DNA of 39,219 bases from Smithella sp. (GTDB lineage Bacteria; Desulfobacterota; Syntrophia; Syntrophales; Smithellaceae), in the NCBI GenBank assembly GCA_030018675.1, contig JASEHT010000003.1:1-39219 (forward strand), in the 5' to 3' direction. A model generated the notes under the pieces. That model worked only from the letters and a program-made list of their open reading frames with translations, was not told the DNA's origin and ran no database searches. A program made the translations under genes and the position numbers. Below are positions 1 to 10,496 of the stretch, piece after piece; positions within the stretch are counted from its first letter, which is position 1; each line of letters begins with the position of its first letter.

Positions 1-17
1 AAAAGAAATAACAGCCC

Positions 18-572
18 ATGTTTTTTCCGAAAAACAAATTGAAGGGGATGATCGTCATCTGTCTGATCATGGCGATCATCCCCTTCATTCGTATGGGTTA
101 TCATTATAGTTTAAAACAAGAAAAACCCGCCTTTACCAATCAAACTGAGAAGAGCGTCGCGATTGAAATTATCGACGGTAACGGTCACGGGGGCATTTAT
201 TTTTTCGATCAGGAAACTACGTTTCAGGATCTTCTGGGATCGTCGGTCATTTCGTCAAAATCGAATGACAACTTCGTCCTGAAAACAGGCATGAAATTGA
301 TTCTGGACTCCGATTCGCAAAAATCTGAAGTGACCATCGGGAAAATGTCACCCTCCAGCAGACTGGCGATCGGATTGCCGATGGATATCAATGAAGCGTC
401 GCAGGACGATTTGATTTTGATAAAAGGCATCGGCATCGCCACAGCCGAGAGAATCGTGGCGCTGCGTGAAAAATTGAAGCGCTTTGATGATGTGCAACAA
501 TTAACGGAAATAAAAGGGATCAAGGAGAAAAAAATAAAAGAGTTGCAACAATATTTATATGTGGAGAAATAA
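18..572 (+). CDS. ComEA-family helix-hairpin-helix DNA-binding protein
   Basis: N-terminal TM segment; C-terminal DINEAS..L..IKGIG.ATAERIV..R....F..V.QL.EIKGI tandem HhH motif typical of ComEA. Confidence 0.85.
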   Translation: MFFPKNKLKGMIVICLIMAIIPFIRMGYHYSLKQEKPAFTNQTEKSVAIEIIDGNGHGGIYFFDQETTFQDLLGSSVISSKSNDNFVLKTGMKLILDSDSQKSEVTIGKMSPSSRLAIGLPMDINEASQDDLILIKGIGIATAERIVALREKLKRFDDVQQLTEIKGIKEKKIKELQQYLYVEK

Positions 573-580
573 CGTCAATA

Positions 581-1183
581 TTATTCTTTGCTGTACGACT
601 GATAGAAACTCAGAACGCGTTTCACGTAATTTTGAGTTTCACGGTAGGGAGGAATGTTGTAATTATATTTCGCCACGGCTCCTTCGCCGGCATTATAGGC
701 GGCCAAAGCAAGGGTGAGGTTGCCTTTATACAGGTTGAGCAGGTATCGCAGATAACGGGCGCCCCCTTCAATATTTTTTTCGGGGTGAAAGCTGTCCTTC
801 ACGTTGAGAGCGGATGCGGTTTTGGGCATGAGCTGCATTAAGCCCTGCGCCCCCACGCGTGAGACGGCTTTGTGATTGAAATTGGATTCCGCCTTGATCA
901 CGGCTTTGATCAGCGCCGAATCCAGATTAAACTTGTCAGCGGCAGAACTGATCAGATGATCATATTTTTTCACATCCAGAGAGGGACTTAAGAGAATTCT
1001 TTTCTCTTTCATGATCATGACGTATTTCGCTTTGGGATTTGAAGGCACATTCGTCAGATGCAGAACGCCCTCTTCATCGACGTGCTTGTAGATATCGGCA
1101 TAGACGATCGCCGGCTCCGCGATGAAAAAAACAACGGCAACGACAAACATAGCCGCCGAAAAGATCGCTGAATGTAATTTCAT
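581..1183 (-). CDS. Soluble lytic transglycosylase (SLT domain) with N-terminal DUF4124-like domain
   Basis: Signal peptide, ADIYKHVDEEGVLHLTN, catalytic AES, GAQGLMQL, AAYNAG, ETQNYV. Start placed at ATG 1183 after an AAGGGA SD-like motif; ORF track starts at 1207. Confidence 0.9.
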   Translation of the reverse strand: MKLHSAIFSAAMFVVAVVFFIAEPAIVYADIYKHVDEEGVLHLTNVPSNPKAKYVMIMKEKRILLSPSLDVKKYDHLISSAADKFNLDSALIKAVIKAESNFNHKAVSRVGAQGLMQLMPKTASALNVKDSFHPEKNIEGGARYLRYLLNLYKGNLTLALAAYNAGEGAVAKYNYNIPPYRETQNYVKRVLSFYQSYSKE

Positions 1184-1340
1184 GAGTATTCCCTTACGAT
1201 TTCCCATGTTTATATATTACTGCATGGCTTATAAAAGTTCAACTTATTTTTGTGGGGAGACAGTATCATGAATAAAAAGTTGTTGAACCGCGCATATTGC
1301 AGCAATTGAGTCGAGCTCAGAAAAAAAATATTCCTGCAAT

Positions 1341-2093
1341 CTAAATGGTCATTCCGCCGTCGATTGCAATGACCTGACCCGTGACGTAACTGGAAGCGTC
1401 CGATGCGAGATATATTACAGCGCCGACCATCTCTTCCGGTTCCGCCGGACGCGCCAGTGGCGTTCTGCTCATGGCGATATTCAGAATATCCTGATTGGAC
1501 CATAGCGGTTCGCTGAATTTTGTTTTCGTCAGGCTCGGCGCAATCGCGTTGACTCTGATGTTGTATATCGCCCACTGTTGAGCCATAACTTTTGTCGCCA
1601 TGATGACGCCCGCTTTGCTGACAGAATAAACAGGCAATATGTCGGGAGAAATGCCGGCGACGGATGCGACGTTGATGATTTTGCCTCCGCCGTTCTCCTT
1701 CATGATACGGGCAACGGCCTGGCTCAGAAAAAACAGGCCTTTGAGATTCAAATTCATAATGGCGTCCCACGCGCGATCATCGATGTCCATGGCCGATGCC
1801 ATGGAGGGATTGGTGGCGGCGTTGTTGACCAGGATGTCAATCCTGCCGAATTCTGCGACGGCGCGTTCCACCAGATTTTTTATTTCGTCCAGTCTGCCGA
1901 CATGCGTTGCCACCGGCAGACATTTTCTGCCTGTTTTCCGGATTTCATCCGCTGCGGTTTCCAGATCGTCGATTTTCCGGCTGGCGATAACCAGATCGGC
2001 GCCCGATTCGGCCATGGCCTGAGCGATCGATCTGCCGATGCCCCGACCGCCTCCGGTAATGAGGGCGACTTTATTATTCAAAGATAGATTCAT
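1341..2093 (-). CDS. Short-chain dehydrogenase/reductase (SDR)
   Basis: TGGGRGIG Rossmann motif, NNAA, YSVSK catalytic motif, AAGGAGG SD upstream. Confidence 0.93.
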   Translation of the reverse strand: MNLSLNNKVALITGGGRGIGRSIAQAMAESGADLVIASRKIDDLETAADEIRKTGRKCLPVATHVGRLDEIKNLVERAVAEFGRIDILVNNAATNPSMASAMDIDDRAWDAIMNLNLKGLFFLSQAVARIMKENGGGKIINVASVAGISPDILPVYSVSKAGVIMATKVMAQQWAIYNIRVNAIAPSLTKTKFSEPLWSNQDILNIAMSRTPLARPAEPEEMVGAVIYLASDASSYVTGQVIAIDGGMTI

Positions 2094-2129
2094 GGTAATG
2101 CCTCCTTGGTGATGATTTCAAAACGCGCG

Positions 2130-2582
2130 TTATAGTTTATCCGTTTGGTTAAGCATGTTGAATATTTCTTTTTCTTTGAGACGCATGATTTTTGCTTGTT
2201 TTTCGGACGTGCTTTCGTGATCGTAGCCCAGAAGATGAAGAATTCCGTGGATCAGAAGAAAGTCAATTTCCTGTTCCAGGGCGAGGCTTCCTTTAATGGC
2301 GTCTCGTTGAGCCGTTTCAAGGGAGATGACAACGTCACCCAAAACATGAGGATTGATGTTGCCGTATTCACCTTCCTGCAAGGAAAAAGAAATGACATTG
2401 GTCGCCTTGTCTCTTGCCAGATATTGTTTGTTGATTTCTTTGATCATGTCGTCATCGGTGAAAAGGATGCTGATTTCCTTCTCCGGACAGTCAAGATATT
2501 TTAAAATTCTGGAAACGGCGCCGCGAATCTTATGCCGCTCCGTTTTCACTTTGGTTTGACGGTTTTCGATTTGAATTTTCAT
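2130..2582 (-). CDS. ybeY: rRNA maturation endoribonuclease YbeY
   Basis: N..Y..RDKATNVISF, LGDVVIS, HGILHLLGYDH zinc motif; context phoH-HD-ybeY. Start placed at MKIQIEN (2582). Confidence 0.93.
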   Translation of the reverse strand: MKIQIENRQTKVKTERHKIRGAVSRILKYLDCPEKEISILFTDDDMIKEINKQYLARDKATNVISFSLQEGEYGNINPHVLGDVVISLETAQRDAIKGSLALEQEIDFLLIHGILHLLGYDHESTSEKQAKIMRLKEKEIFNMLNQTDKL

Positions 2583-4902
2583 TGTTTTTACCGTTGCCTT
2601 CTTTCGGCGGGTTCTCCGGATAGTCAATACGGTGATGGAAGATGCCCGTAAGAATCTTGATAAACGATTCCGCTATGGTATTCAGATTGCTCAAGGTGAG
2701 TTCGCACTCATCCAGTTGTCCGTCCATATAAATACCTTCTATTCTCTCCCGAACCAGAGAGCGTATCCTGGAAGGCGTCGGATTGGAAAGCGTGCGTGAC
2801 GAAGCTTCAATGACGTCGGCCAGCATGATGAGGCCGGCTTCTTTGGTCTGCGGTTTGGGTCCCGGATAACGGAAATCGCTTTCCGATAATGAGCGGATGG
2901 ATTCATCCTTGTCTTTCTTGGCCTTGTCATAGAAAAAGCTGGTGATGCTTGTTCCATGATGTTGCCGGATAATATTGATAATCAGTCGGCCCAGTTTGGC
3001 TTTGGCGGCCAGTTCGCAGCCGTCCTTCACGTGAGACATGATGATCAGACCGCTCATTTTCGGCGATAATTTGTCGTGTTTGTTGTCGGTGTTCTGCTGA
3101 TTTTCAATAAAGTAATGGGGCTTTTTCAATTTGCCGATATCATGATAATAAGCACTGACTTTGACCAGAAGAGAATTGGCCCCGATGGCCTCCGCGGCGG
3201 ACTCTGCGAGCGAAGACACAATAATGCTGTGATGGTATGTTCCCGGCGCTTCAATAACCATCTGCTGGAAAAGCGGCTGATTAAGATTTGCCAGTTCCAG
3301 GAGTTTGATATCGGTAATGAAGCCGAAAATGCTTTCGAAAAGGGGCGTGATTCCGGCAACCAGGATACCGGTAAAAATGCCTCCGAAGAATCCCATGACC
3401 AACCGTAGCGGCAAGTCATTAAAAAGATTTCCGGTGATCAGATTAAGGCATATAATGGCGGCCATGTTGATAATCCCGAGAAAAAGACCGATTTTAAGAA
3501 AAACGGAACGTTGGCGAATACGCACAATCTGGTAAGACGCCGCAATAGAGCCGAGAAAGGAAAAGAGAGGGAAAATAATCTTTTCATCGAAAACGAATCC
3601 AATCAGGAAGGAGGTCAGCGCTCCAATGATCAACGCCACGTTTCTGTTGATCAGGATGGCGGTGGTCATGGCTCCCAAGGCAAAGGGAATGGCGAAATAA
3701 CACGCGTCAACAGGAATGGAAGGGAAGGATCTGTTGACGGCGACGGCAATAAAAATGCCCGCCTTGATAAATATGATTTGCAGCAGCGCGATGATCCCGA
3801 AAACAAATATATCAAGATTCGAGCGGTCAGAGGTTTTGCCCCAGTTTCTGGTGCGCCAGAGATACAATACGATGGAAAGAAAAAGCGCGGTCAAGAAAAA
3901 GCCGAGCACCGTGGCATATCGGGAGAACTGGTTTTCCTGGGAGGATTTATAAAAAGCGTTTAATTTGGCCAGTTCCAGGTAACCGATCTTTTCCCCCTCC
4001 CGAACAATCATCTCGTTCTTTTGCACCATGAAGAAGGTCTGGTTGGAATCTCCCGCGACAGTCATCTTCTTCTTTTCGGTGGCTTCCTTATTGAAAGTTA
4101 AATTGGGTTCAACCAGTTTTTTCGCTATGGAGAAAGCCGTTTCCTTAAGAGCAACAGGATCATTTTTAAATATTACATTGACCGCCTCCTGAAGAGCAGC
4201 GTCAATTTCATTGATATTAAACAGAAGGGAGGAATCCCTTATTTCCTCGGCAATTTGAGTCCTCAGGTTCCTTGCGACAATGCCTTTCCGTTTGTCGGAT
4301 TTTCCAAACACATCGCTGGTAATGAATTTATTTGCATAAAAGGAAACGATCAAACGGGAGAATTTTTGCTGAAGCTCATCCGAAAATTTGAGTTCATTCA
4401 ATACATAGAACTCTTCGGAACTTAAATAGACTCCTAAAATAGATTCCGAGCGCCTTTTTTCTTTATGTAAATTCAGAATATAGGTGACATCGCTGTCAGC
4501 GTTATTATCTTCAGGAGGCCTGCTGTGTATTTCAGCCCCCAGAGAAAAAGCTTTGACGATTTTTGTTTTGATTTGATCGGCAACCGTGTTGTCAAAATTA
4601 TACACCGGTTTAATGTTTTCGGCGTCTTCGAGCCGTTTCTGCTCGGTCGCCTGCTCGTCTTCAACAAGAAATGAGTGATCCGCCTTGATATTTTTCGGTG
4701 CAATCGTCCCCAATTTGAATTTCGGTTCGGGAATGTGAAATTCCGGCGCCAGAATAAAGGCCAGAAGCAGACAAAAGACGATGGCAACAGTCCATTTCTG
4801 AAAAAGATTATTTTTTAAAAAAGCAAAATACGGATTGATTTTTTCACCGATATTATTTGCGATTGCAGTAAATTTGTTTTTAACTTGTTTAATAATATTC
4901 AT
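2530..4902 (-). CDS. 7TM-HD family phosphohydrolase (PgpH-like cyclic-di-AMP phosphodiesterase)
   Basis: N-terminal TM, large extracytoplasmic domain, multiple TM helices, EAPGTYHHS, YYHDIGK, HHGT, FRYPGPKPQTKE, HHRIDYP. Confidence 0.9.
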   Translation of the reverse strand: MNIIKQVKNKFTAIANNIGEKINPYFAFLKNNLFQKWTVAIVFCLLLAFILAPEFHIPEPKFKLGTIAPKNIKADHSFLVEDEQATEQKRLEDAENIKPVYNFDNTVADQIKTKIVKAFSLGAEIHSRPPEDNNADSDVTYILNLHKEKRRSESILGVYLSSEEFYVLNELKFSDELQQKFSRLIVSFYANKFITSDVFGKSDKRKGIVARNLRTQIAEEIRDSSLLFNINEIDAALQEAVNVIFKNDPVALKETAFSIAKKLVEPNLTFNKEATEKKKMTVAGDSNQTFFMVQKNEMIVREGEKIGYLELAKLNAFYKSSQENQFSRYATVLGFFLTALFLSIVLYLWRTRNWGKTSDRSNLDIFVFGIIALLQIIFIKAGIFIAVAVNRSFPSIPVDACYFAIPFALGAMTTAILINRNVALIIGALTSFLIGFVFDEKIIFPLFSFLGSIAASYQIVRIRQRSVFLKIGLFLGIINMAAIICLNLITGNLFNDLPLRLVMGFFGGIFTGILVAGITPLFESIFGFITDIKLLELANLNQPLFQQMVIEAPGTYHHSIIVSSLAESAAEAIGANSLLVKVSAYYHDIGKLKKPHYFIENQQNTDNKHDKLSPKMSGLIIMSHVKDGCELAAKAKLGRLIINIIRQHHGTSITSFFYDKAKKDKDESIRSLSESDFRYPGPKPQTKEAGLIMLADVIEASSRTLSNPTPSRIRSLVRERIEGIYMDGQLDECELTLSNLNTIAESFIKILTGIFHHRIDYPENPPKEGNGKNNENSNRKPSNQSENGAA

Positions 4903-4904
4903 TT

Positions 4905-5891
4905 CTACACTGATGGTGATGGATGATTCTTTTGAGCGTATGCTTTAATGATATCCTGTACTAACGGATGCCTGACGACGTCAATTTCTGAAAAGTGCAC
5001 AAAACGGATACTCGAGGATTTCTTCAAAATATTCTCCGCCTCAACCAGCCCTGATGTTTTCCCCGGAGGAAGATCAACCTGCGTAATATCGCCCGTGATG
5101 ACAGCTTTTGAACCGAAACCAAGCCGGGTAAGGAACATTTTCATCTGTTCCGATGTAGTGTTTTGTGCTTCATCCAAAATGATGAAAGAATCATTTAGTG
5201 TTCTTCCGCGCATGAAGGCTAGCGGAGCGACTTCTATCAAACCTTTATTGATGAGGGCGGTCGCCCTTTCCATGTCAATCATGTCATAAAGCGCGTCATA
5301 CAGGGGACGCAGGTAGGGATTTACTTTTTCAGCCAGATCACCGGGCAAAAAGCCTAATCTTTCACCGGCTTCCACAGCCGGTCTTGCCAGAACAATTCGT
5401 TGCACTTTCCTCTCCATCAGATGAGACACAGCCATAGCCATGGCGAGATAGGTTTTTCCTGTTCCGGCAGGACCGATGGAAAAAACCATGTCAGAATTTC
5501 GCATGTATTCGATATAAAGTCTCTGAGCGATGCTTTTGGGCGTAATAACCCGTTTTTGTGAGGAAATAAAAACCGTATCCAGAAATACGCTGGCCAGTTC
5601 AAACGTGATGTCTTCGGAAAGAATTCGGTGCGCATAATCAATGTCGGAGGACTGAATATGCCATCCTTTTTCCATAATAGAATAAAGCTGTTGCAGCATG
5701 ACGCTTATTTTGTGAACATTACCGTTATCGCCTGAAATCGTAATGCTGTTTCCCCACGCCTTAACTTTTACAGGTTCCAGCTTTTCAATCAACTTCAGGT
5801 TTTTATCATGTTCGCCGCAGAGATTTTTCAGCAGATTATGATTGGCGAACGATATTTTCTCTACATTGGCGCTTGTAGTTGCTTTCGTCAA
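4905..5891 (-). CDS. phoH: PhoH-family ATPase (YbeZ-like)
   Basis: GPAGTGKT Walker A, RPAVEAGERLGFLPG, LAFMRGRT, LDEAQN, VVRHPLV. Confidence 0.95.
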   Translation of the reverse strand: MTKATTSANVEKISFANHNLLKNLCGEHDKNLKLIEKLEPVKVKAWGNSITISGDNGNVHKISVMLQQLYSIMEKGWHIQSSDIDYAHRILSEDITFELASVFLDTVFISSQKRVITPKSIAQRLYIEYMRNSDMVFSIGPAGTGKTYLAMAMAVSHLMERKVQRIVLARPAVEAGERLGFLPGDLAEKVNPYLRPLYDALYDMIDMERATALINKGLIEVAPLAFMRGRTLNDSFIILDEAQNTTSEQMKMFLTRLGFGSKAVITGDITQVDLPPGKTSGLVEAENILKKSSSIRFVHFSEIDVVRHPLVQDIIKAYAQKNHPSPSV

Positions 5892-6056
5892 AATATATAT
5901 CGGCCCCTAAAAAATGAATAAAAAATCAAAGCAGGCTTCTACCATGTTGGTTTGCGCAATGCAATACATATCGGAAGCCTTGCCGGCGGTCTATTCAATG
6001 GAGATATATGATGATAAGTATTTGTATTCATGGATAAAAATAATATGAGCCAGTGA

Positions 6057-7298
6057 TCAATGATGTAGAAAAAGATAAGCAAACACCTTGGCGTTGCCCA
6101 GCATATTGTCAATCGGACAGTTTTCATCCGGCTGATGAGCGGTCTGATTGGTCTTGGACCAGACGGCAACAGGGTAGTTTTTCTTGCGTACGTAGGATGC
6201 GACGGTACCGGCGCCCACACCGCCGGCGAATGTTTCGACATGATAAACGGTTTTTATGGCTTTTTCCAGCGCCTGAACAACCGGCGCGTCGGGAGACGTC
6301 GGTTTTGCCGATTGCACGTGCTGTGCCATGGATATTTCTATCTGCACTTTGAATTTCTTTTCAATTGTCCGCACAATCCTATGGATAGCCGCTAAAACGT
6401 CCTGCAAATCATAATCCGGCAGTACGCGACAATCCATACAGAAGACATCTTCACCGGGTATGGTATTGATATTACCGACATTTGCCTCTTTCTTTGTCGG
6501 TTCGAAGGTGCTTTCCGGCGGATCAAAAAGGGGATCGGTCAGCGAAAACATTTTCCTGAGTTTTGTGAGTTTTGTCACCAGATGAGATGCTGCAACGAAG
6601 GCGTTGTTTCCCAATTGAGGATTGGAGCCGTGGCATTGTTTCCCTATGGTCTTAAAGCAAATCCAGAGCATGCTTTTTTCAGCGACTTCAATCAGGGATC
6701 CTTCTGGATTTCCCGAATCGGGAACGACAATCAGGTCGTCCCGGTTAAAAAGATTTTCCGTGGAATCCATCATATAGAAAAGTCCCTTATCACTTGAGGT
6801 TTCTTCATCCGAAACGAACGCAAGTTTAATCGAATTTTCCGGAATAATGCCTTCATCCATGAAAGCCTTGGCGGCAAATATGGAAGCCACAAGGTCCTGC
6901 TGGTTGTCCTCCACGCCGCGGCCGAAAATGTAGCCGTCCTTCACGTAGGCTTTGTACGGATCGCTGCTCCAAAGGCGCAGTTCGCCCGGCGGAACTATAT
7001 CCATATGGGTGATGATCCAGACAAATCTGTTTTTATTACGGCCATCGATCGTGGTGACAAAATTAGGTCGGATTCCCGATGATACTCTTTCGTCCGGGGC
7101 ATCGTAGTGACTGAAGATTTTAAACCCCATCCGGGTCAGGCGCTCTTTCAGAAAATTTGCCTTCAGCAATTCGCCGTCACCCCCGTTGTCCGGGCCTATA
7201 GCCGGAATGGCGCTCAGGGCGATCTGTAAATCGATCATCTCCTGGCGATATGAATCAATGCGTCCGGAAATATTGTTGAAGATCTGTTCGTCAATCAT
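6057..7298 (-). CDS. M20-family metallo-hydrolase (DapE/ArgE-like)
   Basis: THMDIVP, GRGVEDN, SDEE, AEKS, AHQPDE metal-ligand motifs. Confidence 0.88.
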   Translation of the reverse strand: MIDEQIFNNISGRIDSYRQEMIDLQIALSAIPAIGPDNGGDGELLKANFLKERLTRMGFKIFSHYDAPDERVSSGIRPNFVTTIDGRNKNRFVWIITHMDIVPPGELRLWSSDPYKAYVKDGYIFGRGVEDNQQDLVASIFAAKAFMDEGIIPENSIKLAFVSDEETSSDKGLFYMMDSTENLFNRDDLIVVPDSGNPEGSLIEVAEKSMLWICFKTIGKQCHGSNPQLGNNAFVAASHLVTKLTKLRKMFSLTDPLFDPPESTFEPTKKEANVGNINTIPGEDVFCMDCRVLPDYDLQDVLAAIHRIVRTIEKKFKVQIEISMAQHVQSAKPTSPDAPVVQALEKAIKTVYHVETFAGGVGAGTVASYVRKKNYPVAVWSKTNQTAHQPDENCPIDNMLGNAKVFAYLFLHH

Positions 7299-7319
7299 AA
7301 ACCTTCCTTTATAAATAAT

Positions 7320-8771
7320 TTACTCTTCGGGAGTTAAAATAATATGTCGGCTGTATTTTTCCAGGGGCTTGTCGAAATTATTCCTGTCGCCCAAGATCAG
7401 AATGACGGCTTTCGAATCATTCATATACTTTTGCGCAACCTTATTCAAATCATCCAATTTTACCTTATCGATTGCATCCCGGTAACCGGTCAGGAAAGTG
7501 GCGGGCAATTTTTCGAACTCGATATTCATTTGTTGCCGGACAATTTGTTCGGGCGTGGCAAAAGAGAAGATAAAACCGTTATTGATGGAGCTTTTTGCCC
7601 AATCCAGTTCGTTTTGAGTAACCGGGTCGGTGAGTAGGTTCGATAGGACGGAATCCAGAAGGGAAAGCGTTCTCATTGTCTCTGATGTTTTTGTGAAAGC
7701 GTAATGACCGAAGAATCCATATTCCGGTCTCGCCCGGTAAAAACTTCCGGCGCTGTAGGCGAGCCCTTCATTGCTGCGCACGGTGCTGACGATACGGGAA
7801 GAAAATCCGCCGCTGCCGATGATGAAATCCAGAAGGGTGAAGGAATAATAATCAGGACTATTCTTGCTCGCAGCAGCTCGGCCTCCGACAATAGTCGATT
7901 GGGGAATAGCTTTATTCATCACATAAATTCCGGCATTCGATATGGGAGAAGGGGCGGAGAAAGGCGCGGTTGTTTTTCCGGATTTCCATTGGCCGAAATA
8001 GCGATTGAATTTTTCCAGAGCCTGTTCTTTGGTGATGTCTCCGCTGACGGCAAACATGATGTTGTTGGGCATAAAAAAACTTTGGTGGAAGCGTAATAAA
8101 TCATCGCGCTTGATATGGTTGAGCGATTTAAAGGATGGAAAACGTCCGCGCGGATCCTCATGATATAAAAGACGGTTGAATTCCCGGAAAGCGAATCGCT
8201 GGGGATCATCCTGTATTCTTCTGATTTCCTCAATTTTTAACTGCCGGGCCAGTTCGAATTTATTATTTTCGAAGGCCGGCTGCATCAGAATATTCGAGAG
8301 CAGTTCAAGACCCTGATCAAAATGTTTTTCCAGGACGGCAAAAGTGACCTCGGCCGATTCCATGGACATGCTGATCGCCGCGGTTGCCGCCATTTCATCG
8401 AAGAGCCGGTCGATATCGGCGCTGGTTGTTTTTTTGGTGCCACCCGTTCGCATCAGGTAGGCTGTCAGTTCGGCAACGCCTTCTTTTCCATCGGGATCGT
8501 GCATGGTCCCGGTTCTGACGAGCGCGCTGACATTCACCAAGGGCAGTTCGTGATTTTCCAGCACATAGAGAACGATGCCGTTTGACAAAACAGCCCTTTG
8601 CGCCTGCGGCAATTCAAATCGGAGAGGCTGATATTGAATCTCATCAGGGGAGGGGAAAGCAAAACGGGATGTTGAAGCGCAGAAGGCTTCTTGTGCTGCA
8701 ATCTGCACAACGACCAACAGGACGAGCGGGAGCAAGATGAGGTATTTTTTTATCAAAGTCATATTCATCAT
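7320..8771 (-). CDS. M16B peptidase, non-catalytic subunit
   Basis: Signal peptide, LSNGIVLY, M16 fold without HxxEH (AELTAYL in its place), VRSNEGLAYS R/Y motif. Confidence 0.88.
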   Translation of the reverse strand: MMNMTLIKKYLILLPLVLLVVVQIAAQEAFCASTSRFAFPSPDEIQYQPLRFELPQAQRAVLSNGIVLYVLENHELPLVNVSALVRTGTMHDPDGKEGVAELTAYLMRTGGTKKTTSADIDRLFDEMAATAAISMSMESAEVTFAVLEKHFDQGLELLSNILMQPAFENNKFELARQLKIEEIRRIQDDPQRFAFREFNRLLYHEDPRGRFPSFKSLNHIKRDDLLRFHQSFFMPNNIMFAVSGDITKEQALEKFNRYFGQWKSGKTTAPFSAPSPISNAGIYVMNKAIPQSTIVGGRAAASKNSPDYYSFTLLDFIIGSGGFSSRIVSTVRSNEGLAYSAGSFYRARPEYGFFGHYAFTKTSETMRTLSLLDSVLSNLLTDPVTQNELDWAKSSINNGFIFSFATPEQIVRQQMNIEFEKLPATFLTGYRDAIDKVKLDDLNKVAQKYMNDSKAVILILGDRNNFDKPLEKYSRHIILTPEE

Positions 8772-8774
8772 TTT

Positions 8775-10274
8775 TTAATGAGCCTCTCTTTTCAGAACAG
8801 CTGTCGTACGGTTGTTCTTCGTCAAATAGATTTTAGCGATTCGTTGAATGTCTTGGGCGGTAACTTTTTCTATTTGATCAGGATAATTGGAAAAATACCG
8901 GTGATTGCCGAGCAGCACCTCATAGTATGAAAGAATCGATGCGATTTTTGAATTGGCATTGAGGCTTTGAATATAGTCCATCTTGATTTGATTTTTGGCT
9001 TTGGTCAGTTCTTCCTCCGGCACAGATCCCGTTTTAATCCTTTCTATTTCCTGAAGAATGATTTTCTCCAGTTCGGCATTGGTGTGGGGGTGACGCGGTT
9101 CCGCATAAATGGCAAAAAGATTCGGGTATCGTATGCCGGGCAGGCCGTTAATGGCGCTGATGCTTTTTGCGATTTGCAGATCCGTGACCAGATGATGATA
9201 CAAGCGGCTTGTTCTGCCATTGGTCAGAATGGTTTCCAACACATCGAATACGTAATCATCAAAAGCGGGCGCGTTCGGTTTATGAAAACCGATGATCATC
9301 ATCGGCGCGGCATCGAATACGACCTCAACTCTTCGTTCTTCGTTTTGTACCGGTTCAGCGGGCAAGGGGGATTTTATTTCTCCTGAAGCGGGAAATCTGC
9401 CGAAATATTTTTTTATGATTTCCAGAGTATGAGCGGGATTGATGTCGCCCACGACCGCAATAACCATATTTTCGGGAGACTTGTATTTTCTTAAAATATT
9501 ATTCAATGCATCATGACTCAGGCTCATAATGTCTTCCGTCCAGCCCAGGATCGGTATCCCATAGGGATGATTTTTGTAAGCGGCCTTCATGAATTGTTCG
9601 TATAATTTCCCTCCGGGATTCGATTCGATACGCTGTCTTCGCTCTTCCATCACTACGTCACGTTCGGTATAGAATTCGCGAAAAACCGGATTAAGCATCC
9701 GATCCGATTCGATTCTCGCCCAGAGTTCGATTTTATTCGCGGGCAGACTGATATGATAGGTGGTCACATCCTGACCGGTGGAAGCATTCATATCCAAGCC
9801 GCCGTTTTGCGTATAGAGACGGTCGATTTCGTTGGGGATAAAGAATTTTTTGTGCTCGTCCTGCAGCTTCTTTAATGTCTCGGCAAGTTGCGCAATAACT
9901 TTCGGATCGGCTTTGGGGCCTTTGCGCTTTTCCCGGTCAAGAAGACTTCCGTTTTTTTCAATTTTTTCCAATATTATTTTTTCGGCTTCGTAATCGTTGG
10001 TTCCGATCGTTGTTGTTCCCTTGAACATCATGTGCTCTAAAAAGTGAGCGGCGCCGCTTTCTTCGTTGACTTCGTCGACCGCTCCGACGCGATATCTGAT
10101 GTAAAGGGATACTGTCGGGCTTAAATGACGTTCGAGCATCAAAACCGTCAGCCCGTTATCCAATTTGGTTTTGATGATCTTTTCTTCCAGATCGAACGCA
10201 CGAAGGTCGCCCGCATAAAGCATAAGAAAAAACAATAACATAGATATTTTAGGAAGAATGCGGCGCATCATCAT
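8775..10274 (-). CDS. M16B zinc peptidase, catalytic subunit
   Basis: Signal peptide, LDNGLTVL, AHFLEHMMFKGT (HxxEH), NAST..D.T.Y, ERDVVMEER. Confidence 0.92.
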   Translation of the reverse strand: MMMRRILPKISMLLFFLMLYAGDLRAFDLEEKIIKTKLDNGLTVLMLERHLSPTVSLYIRYRVGAVDEVNEESGAAHFLEHMMFKGTTTIGTNDYEAEKIILEKIEKNGSLLDREKRKGPKADPKVIAQLAETLKKLQDEHKKFFIPNEIDRLYTQNGGLDMNASTGQDVTTYHISLPANKIELWARIESDRMLNPVFREFYTERDVVMEERRQRIESNPGGKLYEQFMKAAYKNHPYGIPILGWTEDIMSLSHDALNNILRKYKSPENMVIAVVGDINPAHTLEIIKKYFGRFPASGEIKSPLPAEPVQNEERRVEVVFDAAPMMIIGFHKPNAPAFDDYVFDVLETILTNGRTSRLYHHLVTDLQIAKSISAINGLPGIRYPNLFAIYAEPRHPHTNAELEKIILQEIERIKTGSVPEEELTKAKNQIKMDYIQSLNANSKIASILSYYEVLLGNHRYFSNYPDQIEKVTAQDIQRIAKIYLTKNNRTTAVLKREAH

Positions 10275-10495
10275 TCATTCACCTCATTTGGTTTGCGGAA
10301 AAATATACGGAAGAAGACATAAATCAGACCGACCAAACAAACTAAAATCAGCAGGGAGGCCGAAAAAAAATACATCAGGAATTCCATCGGATTGTTCAGA
10401 TTAAACGAACCGATCAGTGTGTTGACGCCGATGGCCAGAAAAAATAATGACAACAAAAAAACGGAGATGTTTTTTATCCATATTAAAATATTCAT
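10271..10495 (-). CDS. Small two-TM hypothetical membrane protein
   Basis: 74-aa ORF with two hydrophobic helices; fills the gap exactly (1-nt gap upstream, ATGA overlap downstream). Confidence 0.7.
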   Translation of the reverse strand: MNILIWIKNISVFLLSLFFLAIGVNTLIGSFNLNNPMEFLMYFFSASLLILVCLVGLIYVFFRIFFRKPNEVNE

Positions 10496-10496
10496 A

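Noticed and set aside
1210-1770. 186-aa alternative-frame ORF, plus the many other shadow ORFs in the track (e.g. 13405-14061, 28335-28913)
   Set aside because: They overlap well-supported genes in other frames or strands and show no recognisable motifs.
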